Assembly: GCF_003367075.2 (NCBI RefSeq)
Contig: NZ_CP065936.1
Coordinates: 750,001-782,000 of the forward strand
From: Cylindrospermopsis raciborskii Cr2010
GTDB lineage: Bacteria > Cyanobacteriota > Cyanobacteriia > Cyanobacteriales > Nostocaceae
Length of the DNA: 32,000 nucleotides
Direction: 5' to 3'
Shown here: positions 16,622-25,697 of the stretch, piece after piece
Layout: the number at the start of each line of letters is the position of its first letter
Position numbering within the stretch: the first letter of the stretch is position 1
The notes under the pieces: model-generated
What the model was told of the DNA's origin: nothing
The model's database searches: none
What the model saw: only the letters and a program-made list of their open reading frames with translations
Program-made: the position numbers and the translations under genes

Positions 16622-17407
16622 TTACCAAAAATTTAATCCTATTAACACTACACAACCAACTATTGACTCAATTATATATCGCAGTTCCAAACTATACCGA
16701 TATTGACGCCAAACCCGAAATTCACTCACAAAACCTCTTGCTTCCAGTCCCAGAGAAAACTGATTATATTGTTGTAAGCTACGCTGTAGCAGTTGTCCTA
16801 TGAGTATTGCTAAACTTTTCATTCCCACACCAGCAGTGCGATAACCACCACGAGAAGTTTGTGCTGTCCATAATTCATTGGCTGTGCTCAATAAAATGAA
16901 AATAAATCTATACATCAGCAATAATAAGTCCGTTATCAGTATGGGAACCCCTAAATAGCGCAAAATTCCTAGTATTTCTGTAAAAGGAATAGTCAGTATC
17001 ATAAAGTACACACAAGAAGCAGAAGATAAGGATCGAGTTAAAATATTCTATGCCTGTATTGTTCCATTATGACTGATATAAACATAAAAATTCCCTAGGG
17101 TTATTCCATACCATGAGTCTAATTTGACGCTTTCTATATCGAAAATGCTCACACCATTAACTATGAGTGCTGGTAAACTCATCAAGCCAAAAACTATGGT
17201 GAACATCAATAACTGTAAATAAACTTTGGCTGGAATTTTGGCATAAATCACTGTCCAAATACTCATCCAGATCACAGTTAAAATTTGTACTCGTGGATCA
17301 CTAGCTAGAGAAATAGCAAGGGTGGTAAACGCAAAAATAAGTTTATGCCATGGTGATAATTTTCGTAGTCTATTAGTATAAGATAAAGTATCTATTTGGT
17401 GGATCAT
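16622..17407 (-). pseudogene. cbiQ: ECF transporter transmembrane (T) subunit CbiQ interrupted by a single in-frame TAG
   Basis: Track ORFs 17048-17485 and 16622-17011 are in the same frame. Reading through the TAG at 17050-17048 gives a continuous CbiQ-like sequence: '...HNGTIQA*NILTRSLSSASCVYFMILTIPFTEILGILRYLGVP...'. The likely start is ATG 17407 (MIHQIDTLSY). Confidence 0.7.
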
Positions 17408-17426
17408 CGGAAATTGTTTTGCTGGC

Positions 17427-17729
17427 TTATTCTTCGGGTTTTTGCGGTTGGGAACGTCCCTTATATAACCCAATTGCATAACCAACTACTCCAGCGCCCA
17501 AAGCTGCTTGTAAAGCAAATAATAAACTTTCTATTTCTCCACTAGGGGGTTCAAACAATGATTTAAACCAAGGTTTATATTTGGGTTGTATTTCAGTAAT
17601 TAGCTTTTCTGCTTGCTTATCAGCCCCTCCAAATTCACTATCACGAATCAACATTAATGGTGTCACAGCTAAAATTACTACCCCTACTACCAAAAGCCAG
17701 TTAATTAACCTTTTCTGAGACTGATTCAT
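17427..17729 (-). CDS. cbiN: cobalt ECF transporter small membrane subunit
   Basis: 100 aa with two TM helices flanking '[11 protein letters not shown]...YKPWF', as is typical of CbiN. Sits between cbiM and cbiQ. Confidence 0.85.
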   Translation of the reverse strand: MNQSQKRLINWLLVVGVVILAVTPLMLIRDSEFGGADKQAEKLITEIQPKYKPWFKSLFEPPSGEIESLLFALQAALGAGVVGYAIGLYKGRSQPQKPEE

Positions 17730-18489
17730 TACCGTTTCCTCCCTTGATTAATTGTAAAAGTTCCAACTCTTGAGGATTATAAGATTGTAGCCAATTCCAC
17801 ACTAGTAGGGTTAGCAATCCTTCGCTAATTGCTAAAGGAACTTGAGTAATGGCAAAAATTCCAGTAAACTTGATAAATGAGGCCATAAAGCCACCAACTG
17901 GTGCGGGAAAAGCCAGCGCAAGTTGTATAGAGGTAATTACATAGGTCAATAAATCTGCGATCGCAGCTGACAAGAAGATGGCAATTTTCTCTTTACCACT
18001 AATTTTAATTGTCAAATTGTATATCCAATATGCAGCAAAAGGTCCAGCTATGGCCATGGAAAAAGCATTGGCCCCCAAAGTAGTTAATCCACCATGTGCT
18101 AGCAGCAAGGATTGAAATAATAGTACCAAGCTACCCAGGACTGACATTGTTAAAGGACCAAATAGTACTGCACCCAATCCAGTACCAGTAGGATGGGAGG
18201 AGCTACCCGTAACTGAGGGGATTTTTAATGCTGACAGCACAAAAGCGAAAGCACCAGCTAAACCCAGTAGTAGTTTCAGCTGGGGGTTGGCCTGAGTAGT
18301 GCGAGTTAGACTGCGTAACCCAAGAATAAAAAAGGGTAATGCTACCACCCACCAAAAAACTGCCCACCCTACTGGTAGGAAACCTTCCATAATGTGCATG
18401 GCGTAGGCGGGCTTTGGCACACTAACTAATATACAAAAACTGATAATTGCTATTAGGGTGGGATTGAATAAACCCCGTTTTACTCTCAC
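17701..18489 (-). CDS. cbiM: cobalt ECF transporter substrate-capture subunit CbiM (with N-terminal leader)
   Basis: A leader ending 'PKPAYA' (AxA-type cleavage site) precedes the mature N-terminus motif 'MHIMEGFLP'. Multi-pass membrane protein. GTG at 18489 is preceded by GGGAGG at suitable spacing. The track start, TTG 18540, is less likely. Confidence 0.85.
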   Translation of the reverse strand: MRVKRGLFNPTLIAIISFCILVSVPKPAYAMHIMEGFLPVGWAVFWWVVALPFFILGLRSLTRTTQANPQLKLLLGLAGAFAFVLSALKIPSVTGSSSHPTGTGLGAVLFGPLTMSVLGSLVLLFQSLLLAHGGLTTLGANAFSMAIAGPFAAYWIYNLTIKISGKEKIAIFLSAAIADLLTYVITSIQLALAFPAPVGGFMASFIKFTGIFAITQVPLAISEGLLTLLVWNWLQSYNPQELELLQLIKGGNGNESVSEKVN

Positions 18490-18577
18490 AATCTTTACCT
18501 CCCAAACTTTGTCCGCCTTTTTGGCAATTGCTGTTGACAAGCAAATCTTACCTTAACTATACTGTTTAAGTCAACAA

Positions 18578-18598
18578 ACATTGTGGGTCGAACAATGT
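18578..18598. promoter_or_regulatory. perfect inverted repeat ACATTGT-N7-ACAATGT between the divergent cbiM and NTPase genes (candidate operator)
   Basis: The 7-bp arms are perfectly complementary. It lies immediately upstream of a candidate minus-strand promoter for cbiM: TTGACT (18574-18569), 18 nt, TAAGAT (18550-18545). Confidence 0.3.
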
Positions 18599-18630
18599 AC
18601 GAATATCAGTAAGTAAATTATTAGCTACCA

Positions 18631-19959
18631 TTGGATATAACAAAATCACTTTACCAAGCTTGCAACCCCAATAAAACGCTAAATAGTAATAATCCTGAAG
18701 ATAAACAACGGTATATTGACTTCTCTCCAGTTCGTGGACTGGAAATAATTAACGAACTAAAACGGACTATTACACGACTTTCCCCAGATTCACCAACCTG
18801 TCAACTGTTTACCGGACATATCGGGGTGGGTAAGTCTACTGAGTTAATGCGTCTAAAATCAGAACTGGAAACTGAATTTTTTCATGTAGTATATTTTGAA
18901 TCTAGTCAGAGTTTGGATTTAGGAGATGTTGACGTTACTGACATTTTATTAGCAATAGCTAAAGAAGTAAGTCACAGTTTAGAAGTTACACAAATTAACG
19001 TCAAATCTGGATTTTTTCAGAATCTATTTAAGGATGTGATTGAGTTCTTACAAACACCCTTGGATATTGATTTTGAGGCGGAATTATCTGTTGGTATAGC
19101 GAAAATCACTGCTAAAACCAAGGAAAGTCCCAAACTACGTGATCAGCTCAGACAGTATTTAGAACCTCGCACCGCTAGTATTTTACAATCCATCAACAGA
19201 GAATTACTAGTCCCTGCTCAAGAGGAGTTAAAAAAGCAGGGTAAGTCAGGTTTAGTAGTAATTATTGATAATTTAGACAGGATAGATAATAGTCCTAAAG
19301 CTAATGGTCAATATCAACCAGAATATCTGTTTGTTGAAAGAGGTGAACAGTTAAAAGCTTTAAGCTGTCACATTGTGTACACTATTCCTTTAGTGCTGAT
19401 ATTTTCCAATGCTTTGGGTAGATTAATTAATCGCTTTGGAGTAGATCCTAAAGTGTTGCCAATGATATCTGTTAAACAAAGAAATGGTGAATACTACTCA
19501 GCAGCTATGACTCTTCTACAACAAATGATTATGGTCAGAGCTTTTCCCAGTGTGAATTGGCAACAAAGTCCAGAGAAATTGGCCTTGACCACTAAGATTT
19601 TTGATAGTCCTAGAACCTTTGATCGTCTTTGTCAGGTTAGTGGTGGTCACTTACGTAGTCTTTTGAAGTTGTTGTTTCGTTGTTTACAATCACAGGATGT
19701 ACCAATTTCTCGTCTATGTTTAGAAAACACCATTAAAGAACAGTGTAATCTATTAAGTTTAGCTATTACATCTGATGAATGGGAACTATTGCGAAAAGTA
19801 TGGAAAACAAAAACATACAGAGGGGAAGAACAGTATAATATTTTGCTGCGCAGTTTGTTTGTTTTTGAATATCGAGATGACCAAGGTTCTTGGTTTGATA
19901 TCAATCCAATCTTATTAGAATCCACCGAATTTCCTAGGGATTATGATTATAAGGATTAG
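18631..19959 (+). CDS. P-loop NTPase, STAND/AAA-like (442 aa), function unknown
   Basis: Walker A 'GHIGVGKSTEL', Walker B 'LVVIIDNLDRID', and a helical C-terminal part with 'SGGHLRSLLKLL'. There is no effector or repeat domain. TTG 18631 is the only available start after the in-frame TAG at 18622. Confidence 0.75.
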   Translation: MDITKSLYQACNPNKTLNSNNPEDKQRYIDFSPVRGLEIINELKRTITRLSPDSPTCQLFTGHIGVGKSTELMRLKSELETEFFHVVYFESSQSLDLGDVDVTDILLAIAKEVSHSLEVTQINVKSGFFQNLFKDVIEFLQTPLDIDFEAELSVGIAKITAKTKESPKLRDQLRQYLEPRTASILQSINRELLVPAQEELKKQGKSGLVVIIDNLDRIDNSPKANGQYQPEYLFVERGEQLKALSCHIVYTIPLVLIFSNALGRLINRFGVDPKVLPMISVKQRNGEYYSAAMTLLQQMIMVRAFPSVNWQQSPEKLALTTKIFDSPRTFDRLCQVSGGHLRSLLKLLFRCLQSQDVPISRLCLENTIKEQCNLLSLAITSDEWELLRKVWKTKTYRGEEQYNILLRSLFVFEYRDDQGSWFDINPILLESTEFPRDYDYKD

Positions 19960-19963
19960 TATC

Positions 19964-20419
19964 ATGAATAATTTGGAGAATGTTGCTAATGATAACCATG
20001 ATGCAATTAGGAGTATATTGAGGGCTATTAACTTTTCCCAAGGTCAGTTTTCTCTCATCTTTTTGCACTGTAATTGTGTTAGATTGCACCAAAAAATAGC
20101 AGTAAAATTGCGTAGTAGTTATTGTACAAAAATTGAGGAGATCAATCTATCCCCATCAGCTATGAGTCTTTATGACAACATATCAGCTACAATGGTGAAT
20201 ATACAACCCTATGCTGTGATGGTTTTTGGTTTAGATGCTGTTAAAAATCTGGACTCGATTTTACAAGTATCAAACCAAATTAGAGAGGAATTCAGCAAAA
20301 AATTTGCCTTTCCACTATTTATTTGGATAGATGATCAAGTACTTAGGAGAATTATTAGGATTGCACCAGATTTAGAAAGCTGGGGTACTATTATCGATAT
20401 TGATAACTTTCTTAATTGA
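19964..20419 (+). CDS. small alpha/beta-domain protein (151 aa) coupled to the NTPase
   Basis: ATG lies 5 nt after the NTPase TAG and is preceded by AAGGA. Alternating strand-like hydrophobic blocks 'FSLIFLHCN', 'AVMVFGLD', 'FPLFIWIDD'. From memory it resembles the N-terminal module of large cyanobacterial TPR/CHAT proteins (unverified). Confidence 0.6.
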   Translation: MNNLENVANDNHDAIRSILRAINFSQGQFSLIFLHCNCVRLHQKIAVKLRSSYCTKIEEINLSPSAMSLYDNISATMVNIQPYAVMVFGLDAVKNLDSILQVSNQIREEFSKKFAFPLFIWIDDQVLRRIIRIAPDLESWGTIIDIDNFLN

Positions 20420-20457
20420 GCGCTAAGTGGGTGGGTGGAGTTAAATATAAGATGAGA

Positions 20458-20503
20458 GTAGGTTGGGTTGAAGTATGAAACTCAACGCCCAGATGGGTAA
20501 CCC
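20458..20503 (-). repeat. Nostocales-type short dispersed repeat (copy B, inverted relative to copy A)
   Basis: The reverse complement 'gggttacccatctgggcgttgagtttcatacttcaacccaacctac' aligns with 13665-13710. It sits between the convergent small ORF and phnM. Confidence 0.7.
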
Positions 20504-20540
20504 ATCCTACAAGTAATTGTCTGTCCCTACTTAATTATGA

Positions 20541-21677
20541 TTAACTAATACGACAACCTGCACAAATAGTTGATATTAATCGTGGAACAATGCCATCATC
20601 ACAAACAGTAATAAAATCAGCTCGTTTGCCAACTTCTAAACTACCTCGATCATGAAATAAATCAATTGCTTGTGCAGGATTACTGGTAAATAGTTCCATA
20701 GACTGATATAGTGGTTTACCAGTCTTTTTGGCAATGATAAACATGGCTTGTAATAAACTTTGAGGTACATAATCTGAAGAAATTACATCCACCAGGTCTA
20801 ATAAGACCAAATCCATGGCCGACACATTTCCAGAATGAGAACCACCCAAAACCAGGTTAGGGGCACCCATTAAAACCTTTAATCCTAAACTGTGAGCTTT
20901 ACTTGCAGCTTCTACAGTAGTAGGAAACTCCGCTAAAACTACTCCATCTTCTACCGCTTCTTGCACATGTTCTACTGTAGCATCGTCATGACTAGCTAGG
21001 GCAATTTTCCTTCCCCTGGCTAACTCAACTAGAAAATCACGGTTCTTCTTGCTATATAACTTGTGTCTTTCTTGTCTTGTTGTGATAAACTCTTCCATTT
21101 CTTGTGCTGTTACTCCATGTTTACCCATGTAGTATTCTTTGAATTTTTCTAGTTTGATAAACTGTCGCTGTCCCGGTGTATGATCCATAAGGGATATCAT
21201 CAACAGCAAGGAGTTGTGAACATATTCCTCGGTAATTTGATAAACTTCTGGATAGGCTAATTCACAGCGTAAGTGAATATAATGGTCTACTAAAAATCTC
21301 TTATCTGCTTTCCCTTGGCAAAGGACATTGATCATCTGATCATAATTCTTTAAACGCGGTGATTTAGGATTAACATCACCAATGGCAATGGCATCACAAA
21401 CTGTGGTTACTCCTGCACTGGCTAAGTCCCGGTCATGATAGATAGCTGCTGCTTCTAAAGGCCAGCGAATTCCTGGACGAGGAGACATACATCTTTCTAA
21501 ATTGTCTGTATGTAGTTCAATCAACCCCGGTATGAGATATTTTCCTTCTCCGTTCTCTCCTTTATTTGTTATCCCCGGTTGAATATCAGCAATCTTGCCA
21601 TTGCGTACTATAAGAGTACCTAAAATCTCTTCATCAGGAAGTAATAACCGATAGTTGGTATAAATCTGCTCATTCAT
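20541..21677 (-). CDS. phnM: alpha-D-ribose 1-methylphosphonate 5-triphosphate diphosphatase
   Basis: Amidohydrolase-fold PhnM blocks ('IELHTDNLERCMSPRPG', 'ASHDD'). The start ATG 21677 overlaps the phnL stop (ATGAATGA). The track N-terminal extension runs inside phnL. Confidence 0.9.
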   Translation of the reverse strand: MNEQIYTNYRLLLPDEEILGTLIVRNGKIADIQPGITNKGENGEGKYLIPGLIELHTDNLERCMSPRPGIRWPLEAAAIYHDRDLASAGVTTVCDAIAIGDVNPKSPRLKNYDQMINVLCQGKADKRFLVDHYIHLRCELAYPEVYQITEEYVHNSLLLMISLMDHTPGQRQFIKLEKFKEYYMGKHGVTAQEMEEFITTRQERHKLYSKKNRDFLVELARGRKIALASHDDATVEHVQEAVEDGVVLAEFPTTVEAASKAHSLGLKVLMGAPNLVLGGSHSGNVSAMDLVLLDLVDVISSDYVPQSLLQAMFIIAKKTGKPLYQSMELFTSNPAQAIDLFHDRGSLEVGKRADFITVCDDGIVPRLISTICAGCRIS

Positions 21678-22413
21678 GGACAAATAACTCCCTATCAAAA
21701 AGTTTTTTGGCTGTGTTTGTGTTGAGGTTTTGACCTTGATCCATGTTATGGAAAATGCCAATTAGGGCGCATCCTTTAATCTTGCGCTCTTCTAACAGTT
21801 CCATAACTATTTGGCAATTGTGAGTATCTAAGGCTGAAGTTGGTTCATCTAAAAGCAAAATAGGAAAGTTCACTACCAGTGCTCTAGCTATATTTACTCT
21901 CTGCTTTTCTCCTCCAGAAAATGTGGTGGGGGATAATTGCCATAAGCGTTCAGGTAAATGAAGACGATGAAATAATTCTTTTACCTTTGCTAAAGCTACC
22001 CTTCGTTCCTCCCCTAAATCTAATAACAGTTCCGCAGCTACTTCTATGGCGGGGACTCGGGGAATAACCCGCAAAAACTGACTGACATATCCAATGGTTT
22101 TTTGCCTCACTGCTAAAAGTTCATGGGGAGCAAGTTGACATAGATCAATCCAACTCCCTTCGTGTTTAACCCAAACCTCTCCATTGTTAGGTCTGTAATT
22201 ACCATATATACATCTGATTAAAGTGGATTTACCAGAACCAGATGCACCAGATAGGACTAGGGATTCACCCTGATTTAATTGAAAGGAAACTCCCTTGATT
22301 ACTGGTAAACTAACCCCTCCCTGTTGGTGAAGGATAAAGCTTTTGCTCAAATTGGCAACTTGTAAAATGGTTTCCGGAGATCGATAATTCATTGATGGGG
22401 TGTAAATACTCAT
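21670..22413 (-). CDS. phnL: C-P lyase system ATP-binding protein PhnL
   Basis: ABC-type ATPase ('GASGSGKST', 'FSGGEKQR', 'LLLDEP') in the phnK-phnL-phnM position. Confidence 0.9.
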   Translation of the reverse strand: MSIYTPSMNYRSPETILQVANLSKSFILHQQGGVSLPVIKGVSFQLNQGESLVLSGASGSGKSTLIRCIYGNYRPNNGEVWVKHEGSWIDLCQLAPHELLAVRQKTIGYVSQFLRVIPRVPAIEVAAELLLDLGEERRVALAKVKELFHRLHLPERLWQLSPTTFSGGEKQRVNIARALVVNFPILLLDEPTSALDTHNCQIVMELLEERKIKGCALIGIFHNMDQGQNLNTNTAKKLFDRELFVHE

Positions 22414-23189
22414 GGTGTAAGAGCAGCACTCACTAATAGTTGGGTGTAGGGATGTTGAGGGTCATCTAACACTTGATCTGTTAATCCTGACTCCACTACT
22501 TTTCCTTGTTGCATTACTAGCAACCGATGAGCTAGTAGTCTGACTACCCCAATGTCATGAGTCACTAAAATTACACTCAGATTAAAATTCCTAACGAGCG
22601 ATCGCAGCAGATCTAGCAATCGAGCTTGGACCGAAACATCCAGTCCACCAGTTGGCTCATCCATAAGAATCAACCGTGGTCTAGTTACTAACACCCTAGC
22701 CAATTGTAATCTTTGCTGCATACCACCTGAAAAAGTGGTGGGTAGATCATCCAAACGATCTGGATCAATCTCCACTTCTTGTAACCAGCGAATCGCTTCC
22801 TGACGAATTTGACCATAATTACGCATGCCAATATCCAACAGTCTTTCACCAATATTAGCTCCAGCACTTACCTGCATACGCAAACCATCCCTAGGATTTT
22901 GCTGAACAAAACCCCACTCAGTACGCATTAACCATCGGCGCTCATATTCCCCCAGTTCCCGAATTTTTAAATACCGCTCCTGACGATTTTTATAAATTAT
23001 ACTACCCTCATCCACCGTAATATAACGAGCGATCGCCCTGAGCAAAGTAGATTTACCAGAGCCCGACTCTCCCACAATGCCCAGAACCTGTCCCGGATAA
23101 AGATCAAAAGAAACACCATCACAAGCAGGAATCACCCCGAAGGATTTACTAAGATGGTCTACCTGTAATATAGGTTGTATGGATTGCAT
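22410..23189 (-). CDS. phnK: C-P lyase system ATP-binding protein PhnK
   Basis: ABC-type ATPase ('GESGSGKST', 'FSGGMQQR', 'ILMDEP') directly downstream of phnJ. 4-nt overlap with phnL. Confidence 0.9.
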   Translation of the reverse strand: MQSIQPILQVDHLSKSFGVIPACDGVSFDLYPGQVLGIVGESGSGKSTLLRAIARYITVDEGSIIYKNRQERYLKIRELGEYERRWLMRTEWGFVQQNPRDGLRMQVSAGANIGERLLDIGMRNYGQIRQEAIRWLQEVEIDPDRLDDLPTTFSGGMQQRLQLARVLVTRPRLILMDEPTGGLDVSVQARLLDLLRSLVRNFNLSVILVTHDIGVVRLLAHRLLVMQQGKVVESGLTDQVLDDPQHPYTQLLVSAALTP

Positions 23190-23195
23190 ACCCGA

Positions 23196-24056
23196 TTATT
23201 TTTTCCTCCGTTGCTGCTGACAGTAATCCGTATCCGAACAGATCCACATTCTGCCTCCACGATCATCAACAAGTACCTCATCCAGAAAACTTTCCGTAGA
23301 ACCACATAACTCACAAGCATGGTTCCAACGCTCCACCCCGAAAGGGTAATCCTCAAAATCAAGACTTTTTACCCTAGAGTAAGGAGGCACAGCATAAATG
23401 CGCTTCTCTCGACCTGCTCCAAATAATTGAAGTGCGGGATTAAGATGCATTTTAGGATTATCAAAGCGTGGTATGGGGCTAGGACTCATTAGATAGCGGT
23501 CTTCCACGATTACAGGATAATCATATCCAGTAGCAATATAACCATATCTAGTAATATCCTCATAAAGCTTTATATAGATTGGTCCATACTCTTGCAAAGC
23601 GTGCATCTTACGACTTTCCACAGTAGAAGGTTCCAACCAGCGTAAAGGTTCAGGAATAGGAACTTGATAAACCAGAATCTGTCCTTCGCGTAGGGGGGTT
23701 TCCGGGATACGATGACGAGTTTGAATTAAAGTAGCTCGTCCAGTTTCCTCCGTAGTTTCCACAGCACAAACCTTGCGGAAAAAGCGGCGAATATTTACAG
23801 CATTAGTGGTGTCATCTGCTCCCTGGTCAATCACCTTTAGAACATCATTTTGACCAATAATCGCCGCTGTAACTTGAATTCCCCCAGTTCCCCATCCGTA
23901 AGACATAGGCATTTCTCTAGAAGAGAAAGGGATTTGATGTCCTGGAATAGCTACTGCTTTGAGCAGAGCCCGACGAATGGAACGTTTAGTTTGTTCATCA
24001 AGGTAGGCAAAGTTAAAACCTGAATTAAAATGTGGGTGTTTAGTTGATACTGACAT
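23196..24056 (-). CDS. phnJ: alpha-D-ribose 1-methylphosphonate 5-phosphate C-P lyase
   Basis: Near-colinear with E. coli PhnJ: 'FNFAYLDEQTKR.IRRA.LKAVAIPG.Q.PF..REMPM.YGWGTGGIQ', 'LQLFGAGREKRIYAVPP', and the Cys cluster 'CELCGS...CSDTDYC'. Confidence 0.95.
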   Translation of the reverse strand: MSVSTKHPHFNSGFNFAYLDEQTKRSIRRALLKAVAIPGHQIPFSSREMPMSYGWGTGGIQVTAAIIGQNDVLKVIDQGADDTTNAVNIRRFFRKVCAVETTEETGRATLIQTRHRIPETPLREGQILVYQVPIPEPLRWLEPSTVESRKMHALQEYGPIYIKLYEDITRYGYIATGYDYPVIVEDRYLMSPSPIPRFDNPKMHLNPALQLFGAGREKRIYAVPPYSRVKSLDFEDYPFGVERWNHACELCGSTESFLDEVLVDDRGGRMWICSDTDYCQQQRRKK

Positions 24057-25135
24057 TATGGGGATAAATCCTGTGATTTTTGTCGCATTTGACGAATTAG
24101 ATTCAATTCCGCCTGAAAATCGATGTAGTGGGGTAATTTTAGATGCTGGACAAACCCTTGGGCTTCCACATTATCAGAATGGGAAAGAACAAACTCAATG
24201 TTTTGAGCTGGACTATCTACGGACTCCCCCAATTCACTGGCCCGCATTGCTCTGTCTACCAAAGCCATAGACATAGCTTTACGTTCATTGTATCCAAAGG
24301 TAAGTCCATAACCACGGGTAAATTGGGGAGGTACGTGTTTACTTCCCTTAAATTGATTCACCATCTGCACTTCCGTAATAGTAATGTCAGTAACAGAAAT
24401 TTCAAAACCCAATTCCTCCGGAAATATAATTACCTCCACCTCTCCCATCCGAATTTCCCCTGCGAAGGGATGATTCTTACCGTAACCGCGCTGAGTAGAG
24501 TATGCTAGGGAAAGTAAAAACCCCTCATCCGCTCGTGCTAGATTTTGTAGTCTTGCATCCCTGTTCGCTGGAAAATTCAAAGGTTGACGAGTTAAATCAA
24601 AAGGTACTTGTGGTTGGGTTGCTCTTGGTTCGGACTGAATTAATCCCTCTTTGTCCAAAGTCTCCATAACTAGGGGAAAAGACTCTTGACTAACACTAGT
24701 TTCTGATGGTGGAGGAACTTGATTTTCTGCCAAAAGTTTAAAATCTAATAGCCGATGGATGTAATCAAAAGTGGGTCCTAAATTTTGTCCTCCGGGAATA
24801 TCCTTAAAGATAGAAGAAATTCGTCTTTCAATTTGCATTACGCCAGTGTTTAAGGGTTGGGTGTAGTAGAAACGAGGTAGGGTAGTCCGATAGGCCCTAA
24901 CTAAAAAAATTGCCTCCACTAGGTCGCCCCAAGATTGTTTGATAGCCAGTGCAGCCAATTCCCGGTCATATAAACTACCTTCACACATTACCCGCTCCAC
25001 AGCCAAAGTCAACTGTTGTTCAATTTGCTCACTCCTAATTTCAGTAACATTTATGTCACCCCGCCGTCTGCTGTGCAGTAATTTTTCCGCATTTTCAATC
25101 GCCTGCTCGCCACCTTTAACCGCAACGTATGGCAT
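24056..25135 (-). CDS. phnI: C-P lyase core complex subunit PhnI
   Basis: 'MPYVAVKGGEQAI', 'HPFAGEIR', 'FTRGYGLTFGYNERKAMSMALVDRA', 'HLKLPHYIDFQAEL' match PhnI throughout. Confidence 0.95.
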   Translation of the reverse strand: MPYVAVKGGEQAIENAEKLLHSRRRGDINVTEIRSEQIEQQLTLAVERVMCEGSLYDRELAALAIKQSWGDLVEAIFLVRAYRTTLPRFYYTQPLNTGVMQIERRISSIFKDIPGGQNLGPTFDYIHRLLDFKLLAENQVPPPSETSVSQESFPLVMETLDKEGLIQSEPRATQPQVPFDLTRQPLNFPANRDARLQNLARADEGFLLSLAYSTQRGYGKNHPFAGEIRMGEVEVIIFPEELGFEISVTDITITEVQMVNQFKGSKHVPPQFTRGYGLTFGYNERKAMSMALVDRAMRASELGESVDSPAQNIEFVLSHSDNVEAQGFVQHLKLPHYIDFQAELNLIRQMRQKSQDLSP

Positions 25136-25189
25136 ATTTTTCCTCCAGTTTCGATTGGTTTAATTGGATTACTCTTACTTTAGTTTTGC

Positions 25190-25663
25190 TTATCCCTCTC
25201 CCCTAACCATAGTAAAAAAGTTGACTTTAGTAGCAGCAGTTTGTCGTTGTTTCCTGTCTTGTTGTTTAGCTAATGATTGTTGGATGGGTAAAATCACAGT
25301 GGTTTGAACCTGATCATGCCATAGAGTGGTTTGCAGCAAAGCATCACACAAAGCTGCCAATTCCGCATGACGTTGGGAACGCCCCCCAATATAACCAAAT
25401 CCACTGATGGGCAAACCATCCACCATATCTTCTAACTGAACCACGCAACGAGTCATGGTCATATCTCCCAGGTTAAAAGCTTCACCTGTGGCCCCAGCAC
25501 GTGCTTGAACCATCACCAAACCAATTTCTGGATTGCGCAAGAAAGTATAATTAGGTAGTTCATGGAAGTTGCTGACCAGAGATTCTATTAAATCTTCTAA
25601 TTGTTGTAATTCAGCCCTAGCTAGGGTTGACATCCAACCTTGTCTTTCCGGAATAGTAAACAT
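25190..25663 (-). CDS. phnG: C-P lyase core complex subunit PhnG
   Basis: 'RQGWMSTLA', 'GLVMVQARAGATGEAFNLGDMTMTRCVV', 'HAELAALCDALLQ', 'VNFFTMVRGE' parallel E. coli PhnG. Confidence 0.9.
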   Translation of the reverse strand: MFTIPERQGWMSTLARAELQQLEDLIESLVSNFHELPNYTFLRNPEIGLVMVQARAGATGEAFNLGDMTMTRCVVQLEDMVDGLPISGFGYIGGRSQRHAELAALCDALLQTTLWHDQVQTTVILPIQQSLAKQQDRKQRQTAATKVNFFTMVRGEG

Positions 25664-25697
25664 ACTTAGATATTCCCTCTTATTTTGCCAACAATTA

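Noticed and set aside
23159-25163. Antisense or overlapping ORFs in the phn operon (23159-23362, 24058-24270, 24143-24508, 24939-25163), plus 27016-27201 in phnH
   Set aside because: All are shadow ORFs within phnJ, phnI or phnH, whose frames are confirmed by near-colinear similarity to E. coli Phn proteins.
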